From the UHGV virus genome UHGV-0115960: a stretch of DNA of 38,642 nucleotides, one strand, 5' to 3'. The translations under genes and the position numbers were made by a program. Within the stretch, counting starts at the first letter, position 1, and every line of letters begins with the position of its first letter. The notes under the pieces are model-generated. The model saw only the letters and a list, made by a program, of their open reading frames with translations. It had not been told where the DNA came from and did not search any database. The DNA is from a virus. Of this stretch, positions 1 to 10,626 are shown one piece after another.

Positions 1-49
1 TGACGGGTAAAAAGTGGATAAAATAATTTTACCCACCGGATTTTTACCC
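1..49. promoter_or_regulatory. Repeat cluster upstream of int: GGGTAAAAA (about 5-13) and inverted copies TTTTACCC (about 27-34) and TTTTTACCC (about 41-49); candidate Int/AlpA binding sites or int promoter region
   Basis: Motif copies read directly; matching direct copies sit at the window 3' end (38587-38607). Confidence 0.5.
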
Positions 50-1207
50 ATGCTCACCGTTAAGCAGATTGAAGCAGCAAAGCCGAAAGAAAAACCATAC
101 CGCCTTCTCGATGGTAATGGCCTGTACCTTTATGTCCCTGTATCCGGGAAAAAGGTATGGCAGCTTCGCTACAAGATTGACGGTAAGGAAAAAATACTGA
201 CCGTAGGAAAATATCCGCTAATGACTTTGCAGGAGGCAAGAGATAAAGCATGGACCGCGAGGAAAGACATCTCGGTTGGCATCGATCCGGTAAAAGCGAA
301 AAAGGCTTCGTCTAACAACAATTCCTTTAGTGCGATTTACAAGGAATGGTACGAGCACAAGAAGCAAGTCTGGTCAGTAGGCTATGCAAACGAACTTGCC
401 AAAATGTTTGACGACGACATTTTACCCATCATCGGCGGCCTTGAAATTCAGGATATTGAGCCGATGCAACTGCTGGAAGTAATCCGCAGATTTGAAGATC
501 GCGGTGCAATGGAGCGAGCCAACAAAGCCCGCAGAAGATGCGGAGAGGTTTTCCGTTACGCTATTGTCACCGGAAGGGCTAAATATAACCCGGCACCTGA
601 CCTTGCAGACGCCATGAAAGGATACCGCAAGAAGAACTTCCCGTTTCTTCCTGCAGACCAGATCCATGCATTCAACAAAGCACTGGCAACATTTTCAGGA
701 AGTATCGTATCGCTCATTGCGACCAAAGTCTTACGCTACACAGCCCTAAGAACAAAAGAGCTTCGCTCCATGCAATGGAAGAACGTCGATTTTGAAAACA
801 GGATTATCACCATCGACGCCAATGTGATGAAGGGACGCAAGATTCATGTGGTTCCGATGTCAGACCAGGTGGTTGAACTTCTCACTACGCTAAGCTCAAT
901 CACCAAACCAGTCTCAGAGTTTGTTTTTGCCGGGCGCAACGATAAGAAGAAGCCAATCTGCGAGAACGCGGTATTACTTGTGATCAAACAAATCGGCTAT
1001 GAAGGTCTGGAAAGCGGTCACGGATTCAGGCATGAATTCAGCACGATTATGAACGAGCACGAATGGCCTGCTGACGCTATTGAAGTGCAACTGGCACATG
1101 CCAACGGCGGATCTGTGCGCGGGATTTACAACCATGCTCAGTATCTCGATAAGCGCAGAGAAATGATGCAGTGGTGGGCTGACTGGCTTGATGAAAAGGC
1201 GGAGTGA
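50..1207 (+). CDS. int: Tyrosine integrase, P4/CP4-57 type (arm-binding N-terminus plus catalytic R..HxxR..Y)
   Basis: N-terminus LTVKQIEAAKPKEKPYRLLDGNGLYLYV typical of P4-type integrases; catalytic LRTKELRSMQW, HGFRHEFST, RGIYNHAQYLDKRR. ORF track starts at a GTG at 14; ATG at 50 fits family N-termini better. Confidence 0.9.
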   Translation: MLTVKQIEAAKPKEKPYRLLDGNGLYLYVPVSGKKVWQLRYKIDGKEKILTVGKYPLMTLQEARDKAWTARKDISVGIDPVKAKKASSNNNSFSAIYKEWYEHKKQVWSVGYANELAKMFDDDILPIIGGLEIQDIEPMQLLEVIRRFEDRGAMERANKARRRCGEVFRYAIVTGRAKYNPAPDLADAMKGYRKKNFPFLPADQIHAFNKALATFSGSIVSLIATKVLRYTALRTKELRSMQWKNVDFENRIITIDANVMKGRKIHVVPMSDQVVELLTTLSSITKPVSEFVFAGRNDKKKPICENAVLLVIKQIGYEGLESGHGFRHEFSTIMNEHEWPADAIEVQLAHANGGSVRGIYNHAQYLDKRREMMQWWADWLDEKAE

Positions 1208-1412
1208 CAAAACTTGTATTCGTTTTACTTATTATCAAGCCAGAAGATAAGTCATAATGATCTGCACTCTTTTTCTACACTTTGCTTCTAATTATTTAGA
1301 AATGAATCTATTGTATTCTTTCACATTTACTATTAATCAACTATCATATATCATGCAAAAACATATATTACATTTTTTGCTTTACTTACAGATACTTAAG
1401 GAATAAGTTAGT

Positions 1413-2522
1413 ATGAGCGCTAGAAGGTATAGAGCAAATCTCGATTCCCAAAGTGGATCTTTTATTAGAGGCTGGTGTTGCAGTACAGATGCTACAGCTG
1501 CCAGCGTCACAGTTTTAATCAACGATGTTGCTGTAGCAATACTTCCCGCATATCAAGAGCGCCTTGATTTAAAAAAGCACAACATATGCTCTAAGGGGGG
1601 CGGTTTCGAAGCTGACATTTCCAGCTTTATAACACATGGTGAAAATACAATCAAAATTGTAGACCCTGACGGAATGATAATACCTAACGGCCAATTCACC
1701 ATCACAAGCAGGAAATGGATACAAGGAGAATCTGAGCATTTGTTTGATTCTTCACGCAAAAAAATTGGTATATACGGCAATAGAGATATTGCAACCAATA
1801 TGAAATATGGATTTGTTCTTCCACAATTAATACATTGTCTTAATCTTTCTATTTCTGATGGAATGGATGGAGATGAAGATTGCAATATTTGGTTTGATAT
1901 TCCATCAGGAAAAAAACCTGAGAACGTTAAAGGACTAATAAACAAAAACCTGAACGATATTCAAAAATCATCCATTGACCTACATCACAGAAAGGTATTT
2001 GGAAGAGGGGTTTGCGTAGATAAGAGTGAGATTATACCTGATCGGCTATATGTTTTAAAATCAGACGAAAATGCAGCACATGATGGTAAGGTTATTAAAG
2101 GAGAAGAAGCTCTATCTGGAGAATTTAAAGGTAGTGTAATACAAAACCTTATTGATAATAGGCTTAATGAGAATGAAGTGCTTGATATTCGCGTTCCTGT
2201 AATAGGAGGAAGCATTCCTTTTGCATACCTAAAAGTTCGTCCTATCTCTATTCGGTTCTCTAACCAGAACTCTCGCTGCAGCATAGTAATGGTTGATACT
2301 GTTTTCTCTAAAAAAGAGGTATCGCAAATAATTGAGTTTGCAAGACTTAATAACATTGACTATGCAGAGCTTGATATTTTAAGGGATGCAAATTCAAAGG
2401 ATATATGGATAGTTGATGTGAACAACACTCCAGCTGGACCGCCGAATGGTTTGCACAAAATAGAGAAGAACTTGGCTATCAGAGAGATGTCGTTGCTTTT
2501 CTATAAAAAATTTATAGCTTAA
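1413..2522 (+). CDS. Accessory (moron) protein, 369 aa, C-terminal ATP-grasp-like motif; at the int-tailspike lysogenic-conversion position
   Basis: AT-rich gene with AT-rich upstream region 1208-1412; ATG with AAGGAA upstream; motif AELDILRDANSKDIWIVDVNNTPAG resembles the ATP-grasp C-terminal signature (RimK-like); no similarity to gtr or oac recognised. Confidence 0.55.
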   Translation: MSARRYRANLDSQSGSFIRGWCCSTDATAASVTVLINDVAVAILPAYQERLDLKKHNICSKGGGFEADISSFITHGENTIKIVDPDGMIIPNGQFTITSRKWIQGESEHLFDSSRKKIGIYGNRDIATNMKYGFVLPQLIHCLNLSISDGMDGDEDCNIWFDIPSGKKPENVKGLINKNLNDIQKSSIDLHHRKVFGRGVCVDKSEIIPDRLYVLKSDENAAHDGKVIKGEEALSGEFKGSVIQNLIDNRLNENEVLDIRVPVIGGSIPFAYLKVRPISIRFSNQNSRCSIVMVDTVFSKKEVSQIIEFARLNNIDYAELDILRDANSKDIWIVDVNNTPAGPPNGLHKIEKNLAIREMSLLFYKKFIA

Positions 2523-2523
2523 A

Positions 2524-2558
2524 AAACAACCACCTCGCAAGAGGTGGTTATTTATAAC
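2524..2558. terminator. Bidirectional rho-independent terminator between the convergent 369-aa gene and tailspike
   Basis: Hairpin ACCACCTCgcaaGAGGTGGT flanked by A-run on one side and TATTTAT on the other. Confidence 0.75.
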
Positions 2559-2617
2559 GACAATAAATAGTATGCAGTATATTTTCCTTTGTCGTTGCTC
2601 TCCAATAATAATGGAAC

Positions 2618-4891
2618 TCATTTTTCTAACTCTGAAATACGAGACTCCAATTCTTCTAATCTTAACAACAAACGATCAAAATTCCTTCGCTGAAGTTTAG
2701 CTTCCAGTGCAAAAGCCTCCTCATAACGTATTCCATACTTAGAACCTGATTTTCTTTGTGGGATAATAACTTCATCGTAAGCCTGATAGCCAGGTATAAG
2801 TTCTCCATTTTCACTAATTCTGTCAGGTGCGGCATCGTGATGCTGGATGACCTCTTCCTGATCACCCCATTCGTCATGGCATGCAAATCCGAACTTAAAT
2901 GCATCAATTCCATGACGTTCAAATGCCTCAATAGCTCTCTGGGCCACAACACCAAAGTGCCATCTAGCTTTTTCACCTTTTTCTTCAACACTTTCCAAAA
3001 ATTTATACTGACACCAATTTACTTCAGACCAAGCATCAAGCATGGCATCTGAGATATCTATAGGTTTTGTTTTGTATGTTTCATCCGATGTAACTATGAA
3101 AGCGGTTTGGGTAAATCCGCCAGACCACGCAGATGCTGAATCTCCACACAAATATTTGTTTGTGGCTGACGGTTTTATAGTCTTAGTAACTGTTTCTTTG
3201 CAGGTAATCTCAGCAACGGCATCATTAGCAACACCATCCTCCCCACCAATAAAGCGAATTACTCCGCTTGGAATATTTGTGTTTAAACCGGTATGAGCGC
3301 GTATCTGACGTACACCGGAAGAGCCAAGCCTTGCTAGTTTTATATCACTAGTAAGGAAAGTGTTTGTATCTGAATCCATAACCCAATATCTGGTATTGGT
3401 GCCACTATCAATAATGTCATTATTTAACTGCACCCCGATTCTCTGATTACCATATACTTGATTGTTAATAGCGCCATTTGAAATTACCACTCCTCGCGTC
3501 ATTCTGTTAATTACGGGGTTTGCAATTGTATTGTTAGAAGCAGAACGAGTTCCAGTTGCATTTTGTCTTAATCTAGTGTGCGTAGCATCTTTTGTGAACC
3601 CTGTTAAAAGCACTTCATTAGAAGACAAAACATTATAATCAGAGCAAATATCAAACCCAATATATGGAGTACCAGAATCACCATCACGGTTAAAAACAAT
3701 GCAGAAGTTATTGGCAATCTTGCAATGATTGCTACCTAATCCAGCGCCCTCACCAAGCTCAACAGCAGAAATAGATGTATTTATATGGTTCCCAAGGATG
3801 AAAATCATATTCCCACCTGTATCGTGAGAGACGATACCTCGTTGACCTGCGATGATGTGGTTAAATGCTACCGTAACCCCCTCTGAACTGCTAGTTACAT
3901 CCATAAATTGAATAAAATCACTAGCGCAACCGTTCGTGAAATTGATATCCCTAGACTGGTTTGTCACCCTGATACAGCAGTTTGTTGGCATGTCATCAAG
4001 TCCGCTCATTGAGCAGTGATCCATAAATACCTGGCTTGCTTTATCTAGGTGGACGCAACAGTCCCATCCGAACATGCCAGTTTCATCATTCGCAAACAGG
4101 ACATCAGTTAGTTTTAATTGTTCGCCGTATTTTGCTGTATGTGTTCCGGTGAACATCAATGCTGTAGCATCTCGATCTCCTCTCGTTCGAAATGATGTGT
4201 TAATAATGCGCATTGCCTTCCTGGTTCCAGAGATAGATGAATTATCTACAATCATTCCAAACCCTGAATCAAATATTATTCCAGTATTACCTTGTGAAAG
4301 ACCAAATATGTCGGAAGTAAACGCAGTAAGCACTATATTTTGGGAGCATTTATATAGCCGGGATAACTTTACGCTTACACCCATTGTTTTTGCTGTCTCG
4401 AAGGCGTCAATAAGTGCTTGGGTATCTGATGATGATATTATATTAGTGGCACCATACATTTCTGGTGATACGTATGGCATTTCATTGTATAAATTAGATT
4501 TCCCTATTCCTACTAATGATGCGCCATGGTTACCTGCTAGTTCACTTCGCAGTTGATCAGGGTCATACTTCAGTATATTTGGAAAATAGAACTGCTGCGT
4601 ACCATACGCATCATAAACAGCCATAGAATGGCCTTGCACGGTTACGAATTTGGCAATCTGTCCGTTATATACCGGATATCCAGCAGCATTAATGATGATT
4701 GGTTGCGAAACAGGAACGTGAGAGCCGTCTTCGTTCTCTATATAAACCTGAATCTGGTTTTCAGGATTTACCGGGTCCGTGTCAATTTTACCGATATAAA
4801 TTTTGCCATTAGCTACAGCTTTAAAAGAACGCGCCATAGTGAAGAGTTGCGAAGGCATCGATACGATCACATTGGCTGTAATGTCTGTCAT
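2618..4891 (-). CDS. Tailspike protein: P22 gp9-like N-terminal head-binding domain, divergent central receptor-binding domain, C-terminal peptidase S74-like intramolecular chaperone
   Basis: N-terminus [13 protein letters not shown]...[38 protein letters not shown] closely matches recalled P22 tailspike; C-terminus [20 protein letters not shown]...RWHFGVVAQ resembles the autoproteolytic chaperone motif of endosialidase-type fibers; terminal coiled coil. Confidence 0.9.
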   Translation of the reverse strand: MTDITANVIVSMPSQLFTMARSFKAVANGKIYIGKIDTDPVNPENQIQVYIENEDGSHVPVSQPIIINAAGYPVYNGQIAKFVTVQGHSMAVYDAYGTQQFYFPNILKYDPDQLRSELAGNHGASLVGIGKSNLYNEMPYVSPEMYGATNIISSSDTQALIDAFETAKTMGVSVKLSRLYKCSQNIVLTAFTSDIFGLSQGNTGIIFDSGFGMIVDNSSISGTRKAMRIINTSFRTRGDRDATALMFTGTHTAKYGEQLKLTDVLFANDETGMFGWDCCVHLDKASQVFMDHCSMSGLDDMPTNCCIRVTNQSRDINFTNGCASDFIQFMDVTSSSEGVTVAFNHIIAGQRGIVSHDTGGNMIFILGNHINTSISAVELGEGAGLGSNHCKIANNFCIVFNRDGDSGTPYIGFDICSDYNVLSSNEVLLTGFTKDATHTRLRQNATGTRSASNNTIANPVINRMTRGVVISNGAINNQVYGNQRIGVQLNNDIIDSGTNTRYWVMDSDTNTFLTSDIKLARLGSSGVRQIRAHTGLNTNIPSGVIRFIGGEDGVANDAVAEITCKETVTKTIKPSATNKYLCGDSASAWSGGFTQTAFIVTSDETYKTKPIDISDAMLDAWSEVNWCQYKFLESVEEKGEKARWHFGVVAQRAIEAFERHGIDAFKFGFACHDEWGDQEEVIQHHDAAPDRISENGELIPGYQAYDEVIIPQRKSGSKYGIRYEEAFALEAKLQRRNFDRLLLRLEELESRISELEK

Positions 4892-5055
4892 TTAATTTTC
4901 TCCAGACGTAGCAATGCGGAACAAGATGCAACTTGCCCGGCATTGCATTAATGTAAGTTATGATTTGTTAACTATGAGATGAGTCTATGCAAAAAGATCT
5001 GTTGAATATTGCGTTCTATATATTTGGTTTTTGCACATTTCTGGTGTTTGCAAAG

Positions 5056-7449
5056 CTATTCTGACAACGAATCAGACTTCGCACCCTGCGTCAGGGCGTT
5101 AATTGCCTTTTGTGCCTGCTGCATGGTTTTCTCAAACTCTGTTGATCCGCGTGTGGTGTTTGCCATTCGGAGCATTGCATTTCTGAATGGCTCGCTCTCA
5201 TAGGCGCGAGTAAGAAGTCCGTAGCTTACTGCTGCGCCAGTTGTCGCCGGGTTCATTGCCGTCCCATACCCAATAATGAACGGGATAGTTTGCTGCCCTG
5301 TGGGTGTTGTTACTGCCGCTTTTGCAGCCTGCTGCGTGGATTGTAGGTAGTTTTTTAATCCTTTCAGATAAGCAGCGTCATGCCCCTTAAATGTAATGCC
5401 AGTCTGGTTTTGCAGGATGTTAAGCTGCCGAAGGAACTGGTCAGGGGATCCGCCAGATTTCTCCATCGCCTTTCCAATGATGCCATTGCGCATCTGCGCC
5501 CTGCCAACACGCCCCACTGAATTATACAGCGCCTTAATTTCCGATTTGTTCTTGCTGAATAGCATGTTGTTGACAACTTCCGGAGTCAGGTCGCCTTTCA
5601 TGAGAACATTCTTCAACCTGGTATTCTTTAGTTTCGCTGCTTCGTCAGCGTAGACGGCATTGGCCTGCTGATATTTACGAAGAGTATCATTGCCAAGATT
5701 CTGACCAATGGCACCATTGATATCGTCGGTCATCGCCTTGTAAACGCGCTGTATGGCAGCATCGGAACGGTTTGGTAACACTGGTCGCTCACCCTTCACA
5801 TCCATTCTGAACTGGCTGCGCAGATCGCTTAATTGCTTCAAATCCAGATTTACCGGACCATCAGGACCAGCATTGCGAACAAGCTCATCACGATAGGACT
5901 GAAGTTTTGAAATAGTCTCGTTATCAGCAACCTTACCAAGCTTCTGCAGGTTAGATATTTCTGTATCAATCTGCTGAATTGCTCTTGCAGGCTGAATGTT
6001 TATTCCCGCCATAGCATTCTGAACCTGCTCCAGTCGATTACCGGCGGCACGACGAATTCCTGATGTTTTCGCTTTAAGGCTGTCAATAACAACCGCTGGA
6101 TCATACTCACCGAATTTATCAGCAAATCTCTGAACCAACTGGCTTCTCGCTTCCTGTTGCGTTGCTCTCATTCCGCTTGTGCCAGCCAGGGGGATATTTT
6201 CTGCTGTCGTTTGCGCCATTTTTCCGACGCGGGAAGTAGGCTGTAACAGGTCTGTGGTGTGCAGAGGAACTCCTTCACGCTCTGCAAATCTGATAGCCTG
6301 CTGCGCTTCTGGCGCAATAGCACCACGAACGCCACGATAAGCAGCACCTAATCCACGTCCGGCAGCGTTAATAGCACCGCCAGCCAGCACACCAACGCCT
6401 AAATCGGTGGCGAGTGCTTCCGCATCATCTTTCGCACTATTTGCAGCAAGTGATCCAACTGCGTTTTCTGCTAGAAGGCGAGTTGCCCCCTGAGCAATTC
6501 GACCAGCAAGTGTTGGTGCCTGTGCTGCCGCTCTCTCAACGCCAGCAGGAGTGAGGTAAGGCAATGCTTCAGCAAATACCCTTCCCTCTGTCGTTTGTGG
6601 AGTCAGCGCGCCTTGCTGAAGGCCAAAGTCCTGCTCTAATCCCTGCGTTGTTACTCGTGGCGCTGGTTGATATGTACCATCGCCAATGCCGAGTTTACCG
6701 CCAGCCCAAGCCGCCGCGCTTGTTACAGCATCAGTGAGTTCAGCAGGTATGTTCGCTACGTTGATTCCTGCCTGTAGTAAGCCGCGCCCGGTTTCAGCAA
6801 GTCCATTACCAAGGTCAGACATTATTCCGCCTTGCTGCTGAACAGGTTTCGGTGCGACAGAACTTACGGGTTGAGGTGGCTGCTGACTGGCTGCCTGCTG
6901 CTCAATCTGAGCAAATGGATTATTTGGGTCTGACTGCACGCCTGATGTCGATACTTGTTCGGATGACTGTGCTTCCAGTTGTGCAAACGGGTTGTTAGGG
7001 TCTTGCTGAGGATGTACCTTTGCAGAGGTGGCGCGCTGTTCGACTGTTGAGTCTGTCACCGGGTCACCCGCCCATTGAGCAAAGCGATCATCAACGTAAC
7101 CGCGGCCTTCAGGTCCTGGCGTATATTCACCACGCTTTGCCTTCATAACGTTGCCGGGACCGTCGTGATAAGCCTGAAGAGCGTCACGCCAGTTACCAAA
7201 CTGCTGGTACATCTTTGCCAGATAGCGCGCGCCAGCGTCAGCCTGATATTCGGGGTTTTGCATTTGCTCATCGGTATAACCCATATCACGCCATGTCCCA
7301 GGCATGACCTGAGTCAATCCTACAGCCCCGGCGGAGCTTACTGCGGCAGGGTTGTAAGAAGACTCCTTGGCACCCAGTGCAGTCATCAACCCTTCTGGCA
7401 CACCGTAACGTGCGCCAGCCTGCTCTAACAAATCACGGTAATTAGCCAT
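5056..7449 (-). CDS. Ejection/DNA-transfer protein (P22 gp16 position) with N-terminal soluble lytic transglycosylase domain
   Basis: SLT motifs ESSYNPAAVSSAGAVGLTQVMPGTW and AYHDGPGN; position after gp20-like; internal tandem peptide repeat DPNNPFAQ(L/I)E. Confidence 0.8.
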   Translation of the reverse strand: MANYRDLLEQAGARYGVPEGLMTALGAKESSYNPAAVSSAGAVGLTQVMPGTWRDMGYTDEQMQNPEYQADAGARYLAKMYQQFGNWRDALQAYHDGPGNVMKAKRGEYTPGPEGRGYVDDRFAQWAGDPVTDSTVEQRATSAKVHPQQDPNNPFAQLEAQSSEQVSTSGVQSDPNNPFAQIEQQAASQQPPQPVSSVAPKPVQQQGGIMSDLGNGLAETGRGLLQAGINVANIPAELTDAVTSAAAWAGGKLGIGDGTYQPAPRVTTQGLEQDFGLQQGALTPQTTEGRVFAEALPYLTPAGVERAAAQAPTLAGRIAQGATRLLAENAVGSLAANSAKDDAEALATDLGVGVLAGGAINAAGRGLGAAYRGVRGAIAPEAQQAIRFAEREGVPLHTTDLLQPTSRVGKMAQTTAENIPLAGTSGMRATQQEARSQLVQRFADKFGEYDPAVVIDSLKAKTSGIRRAAGNRLEQVQNAMAGINIQPARAIQQIDTEISNLQKLGKVADNETISKLQSYRDELVRNAGPDGPVNLDLKQLSDLRSQFRMDVKGERPVLPNRSDAAIQRVYKAMTDDINGAIGQNLGNDTLRKYQQANAVYADEAAKLKNTRLKNVLMKGDLTPEVVNNMLFSKNKSEIKALYNSVGRVGRAQMRNGIIGKAMEKSGGSPDQFLRQLNILQNQTGITFKGHDAAYLKGLKNYLQSTQQAAKAAVTTPTGQQTIPFIIGYGTAMNPATTGAAVSYGLLTRAYESEPFRNAMLRMANTTRGSTEFEKTMQQAQKAINALTQGAKSDSLSE

Positions 7450-8787
7450 TTACTGCCCCAAAGATGGAAGATATCCGTAGCGATTAATGAAGTCGATTGA
7501 CAGCTCGGGGTGCTGCTTCAGGTAATCTATAGAAGCCTGAGGCGCTTCCACTCGCTTGATACCGTTTTGCTGAACGTACTTACCAACCGCCTCATTACGC
7601 TTCTGGTTGAGCGTGTTCAGGATGACGCCAGCGTTGCGACGAAAGGACTCCTCGCTCTGCGAGTTCTGCAGCGAACCAACAGCCTGGTCGAGCTTTTTGC
7701 CCTCGGCATCAGAAAGTGCGCCCATGCCTCGCATGGCCTGAACCGCTGTCAGGTATGCTTGTGATTTAAAGGTATCAAGTCGTGCCTGAGTGTCTGCAGC
7801 CTGTGAGCCTGGAACGTTGGGGATTACTCCGCGTAAGCCTGTAATGCTCTTAAGTGAAGGAGAACTAACGATATCGTTCAGAGTGAACATGCTGGTTGTG
7901 AGGGTGTTGATGCCGTCTTTGTAGCCATCATTTAGCGCTTGCTGCTTCTGCTGCAACTGCTGGTTGTTGGCTGCTATGCGGCTCTGTATTTCCTGGCGCT
8001 TCAGGTCGTTAGTTTCTGCTGATAGCATCCGGTCAAGGCGCTTATTTTCGTTGTTAATGCGGTTTGTTTCTGCGTCCAGATTAATGCGCTGCTGACCTAA
8101 ATTCGCCTGGATATCCTGTCCGCGCATTGTGATTGCCTGATTCCGAGCGGCGGTTTGCGAATCCAGATCCTGACCGCGCATGGTAACCTGGCGACCCTGC
8201 ATTTTATCCTGTAGGTCAAAGTATTTTTCGGGCCCGAGACTGTTCATCCCCAGGTGATCGACAAATTCGCCGAACTGCCGCGGGTTATGTTGGTACATCT
8301 GAGCGACGTCATGAGGATTAACGCCAACACGAGCTAACTCACCTGCGTTGTTTTGCAGCCATGATTGCATTGCTTCTGGAGACGAGGCCGCAAGGCGTGC
8401 GCCAGCCGCCAAGGTGCCGATAGAATTGCGCTGGTCTTCGTCTGCCCACTTCATACCAGACTGAATCTTCTCTAATTGACCAGGATATTTGGTCATCAGA
8501 TCTCGAACCTGCTGTCGATCACCTGACTGGATGGCTGCCGCATATTCTTTTTGGAATGCAGCATCCGCTTCCTGTTGCTTTGCGGCTTGATATGTTTGAG
8601 CGACACTACCAAGCCCCTGCAACGCCTGAAGGCCGATGTTATTGCGACCTGAGCGCTCCATTTCGTTGTTCTGGCGAATATAGGCCAACGCCTCACTTAC
8701 ATCACTTGCCTTTGGCGCATTTGAGTTTTGCCCACCGATACCAGCAAGAAAGCCGCCTGAGTTGATTCCTTGTTGCCAAGTAGCCAT
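7450..8787 (-). CDS. Ejection protein, P22 gp20-like
   Basis: Size and position in conserved P22 order gp7-gp20-gp16; Q/N-rich low-complexity sequence typical of ejection proteins. Confidence 0.7.
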   Translation of the reverse strand: MATWQQGINSGGFLAGIGGQNSNAPKASDVSEALAYIRQNNEMERSGRNNIGLQALQGLGSVAQTYQAAKQQEADAAFQKEYAAAIQSGDRQQVRDLMTKYPGQLEKIQSGMKWADEDQRNSIGTLAAGARLAASSPEAMQSWLQNNAGELARVGVNPHDVAQMYQHNPRQFGEFVDHLGMNSLGPEKYFDLQDKMQGRQVTMRGQDLDSQTAARNQAITMRGQDIQANLGQQRINLDAETNRINNENKRLDRMLSAETNDLKRQEIQSRIAANNQQLQQKQQALNDGYKDGINTLTTSMFTLNDIVSSPSLKSITGLRGVIPNVPGSQAADTQARLDTFKSQAYLTAVQAMRGMGALSDAEGKKLDQAVGSLQNSQSEESFRRNAGVILNTLNQKRNEAVGKYVQQNGIKRVEAPQASIDYLKQHPELSIDFINRYGYLPSLGQ

Positions 8788-8796
8788 ATTCCCACC

Positions 8797-9471
8797 TTAA
8801 AACAATGATCCAAGACCACCGATAATACCGCCACCAATAGCGCCAACAGCTGTACCTATTCCTGGCACCACAGAGCCAATCATCGCCCCTGATGCCGCAC
8901 CGCTCATGGCACCTCCCAAGGCTGATTGCAGTCCTGATGGTCGGTTAGCATTAGCCGCAGATGCTGCTGCCTGCTGTTGATACAACTGGCTGACGTTATT
9001 GGCGTAGTTTTGTCCGGCGTTTGCCTGACCTGTAAGAGCACCAAGGCCGATATTTGCCAGATTGTTGTAGTTGTTCATCTGACCTGACAGCCAGTTTTGA
9101 CCGAGTGTAGGTGCGATTGCTGCTAACTGGTTTCCTGTTGCTGTAGAGCCTAATCCACCCGTTGCCTCTGCTGCTGCCAGACTCTGGTAACGCGCCTGCC
9201 CTGCAAGGTCTTTGTACTGCTGAGAGTTGTAATACTGGTTAAGAGCCTGACCTTGCCCCTGAAGAGAGGAAAGATTCTGCAACTCTGATACATACTGCTG
9301 AGCAAGTGGCGTGAACGGTGCAAGGTTTTGCATGTTCGTCTGCCACATTTCACGCTGCAGTTCGATGCCCTTTTCAGTTGCGCGTGCCTGGGCTTTAGAG
9401 CCGCCATCACTGCCACCTTTGCAGTAAACAGCTTTGCTGAGGTGCTTATTGGCAATCTGGAAAATTAACAT
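8797..9471 (-). CDS. Ejection protein, P22 gp7-like
   Basis: 224 aa, Gly/Ala-rich C-terminus, position after gp14-like. Confidence 0.7.
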   Translation of the reverse strand: MLIFQIANKHLSKAVYCKGGSDGGSKAQARATEKGIELQREMWQTNMQNLAPFTPLAQQYVSELQNLSSLQGQGQALNQYYNSQQYKDLAGQARYQSLAAAEATGGLGSTATGNQLAAIAPTLGQNWLSGQMNNYNNLANIGLGALTGQANAGQNYANNVSQLYQQQAAASAANANRPSGLQSALGGAMSGAASGAMIGSVVPGIGTAVGAIGGGIIGGLGSLF

Positions 9472-9925
9472 TCTTTAGCTCCTCGTATTTTGAGCGCGGT
9501 AACTGATAAATCGTGATGCCTACAGGCTTTCCATTGCTGGTATAAGCATCATCAAGGTGACCAACACGGGTAGCGCCAAGCAAACGGATAATTGACCGTC
9601 CGTATTTGGTGGTGTCAGGAACCATGGTGATGCTGTTAAGGAATGGTGAGTTTTCGAGAAGCCATTTGCAGAATAATCGATGCCCTTGCAGTGCATATTC
9701 ACCACGGAATCCGGGGTCGTACACCGCATGGCATTCCACAACGCTATGCCAGAAGTTACGCACTTCATGAACGCCAGCCAGCACTAATCCTTCGTAGATG
9801 CCGAGGTATACCGCATCAGGCTTGATGTAGTATTTATCTCCACTGTCTACGATATTTCCCGTGTTTTCTGGGTTGTTGAGGAATTCTGCAAGCTTCACCG
9901 GGTTATCGATGAGTTTTATGTGCAT
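9446..9925 (-). CDS. Head assembly/ejection-associated protein, P22 gp14-like
   Basis: 159 aa, position between tail needle and gp7-like as in P22. Confidence 0.65.
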   Translation of the reverse strand: MHIKLIDNPVKLAEFLNNPENTGNIVDSGDKYYIKPDAVYLGIYEGLVLAGVHEVRNFWHSVVECHAVYDPGFRGEYALQGHRLFCKWLLENSPFLNSITMVPDTTKYGRSIIRLLGATRVGHLDDAYTSNGKPVGITIYQLPRSKYEELKNVNFPDCQ

Positions 9926-10626
9926 TAGTTGATTAATCCATGTGCTCGTAAGGCGTCTTCCAGTGCTTTGATGCGCTGCCGCGCCTGCTCCAAACCTGTA
10001 GCGATAGCTGCGACTTCGGATTGTGTGTACGTAGTGCCGACCGTGTATGACTGGTTAGCGTTGAATGAGCCAAGAAGTGGCGTACCTGTGGCTGCAGTCC
10101 ATCCGGTATTTCTTGCTCCAACAACCTGAATTCCATCAACTGAATATGATGTTTTTACATCCAGCGGTGACGCAAGAGACTGCAATTTGGTTACGGTTTT
10201 CGATACGTAATCACTCTTAATGCCAGAGACATCGTTTTCTACGTCATCCAGTCTTTGGTCAACAGTGACCAGATGCGCCTGAATATCGATAACCTCATCC
10301 AGCAAGTAATCAACATCGCTACGCAGTACGACTATCTTCCCTTCGGCAGTTGTTAACCTGACCTCAAGTAGATTTATCGCTTTTGTGTTTGCGGTGATTC
10401 TTGCATCGTGATCTGCCAGTTCGACGTCCTGTTCATCGTTTTTTACCTGGGCATCGTAAGCGCCCTGACCAGCCTGATTTGCCTTCCCGGCAATTGCGCC
10501 AACATCAGCACCCTGATTTATGACATACAGCAGGTAAGACTGGCTGAATATATTGCGTGGCAAAATTGAAGCATCAAGGCGCGTAGCCTGAACCGCGACA
10601 GGATTATTCAGTGATGAATCAGCCAT
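9925..10626 (-). CDS. Tail needle protein (P22 gp26-like), trimeric coiled-coil plug
   Basis: [25 protein letters not shown]...[26 protein letters not shown] matches recalled P22 gp26; 233 aa. Confidence 0.9.
   Translation of the reverse strand: MADSSLNNPVAVQATRLDASILPRNIFSQSYLLYVINQGADVGAIAGKANQAGQGAYDAQVKNDEQDVELADHDARITANTKAINLLEVRLTTAEGKIVVLRSDVDYLLDEVIDIQAHLVTVDQRLDDVENDVSGIKSDYVSKTVTKLQSLASPLDVKTSYSVDGIQVVGARNTGWTAATGTPLLGSFNANQSYTVGTTYTQSEVAAIATGLEQARQRIKALEDALRAHGLIN

Noticed and set aside
14-49. GTG at 14 as integrase start (ORF-track start)
   Set aside because: P4-type integrases typically begin close to the conserved AAKPKEKPY segment; the ATG at 50 gives that N-terminus, and the upstream 36 nt coincide with the GGGTAAAA/TTTTACCC repeat array; retained only as an alternative
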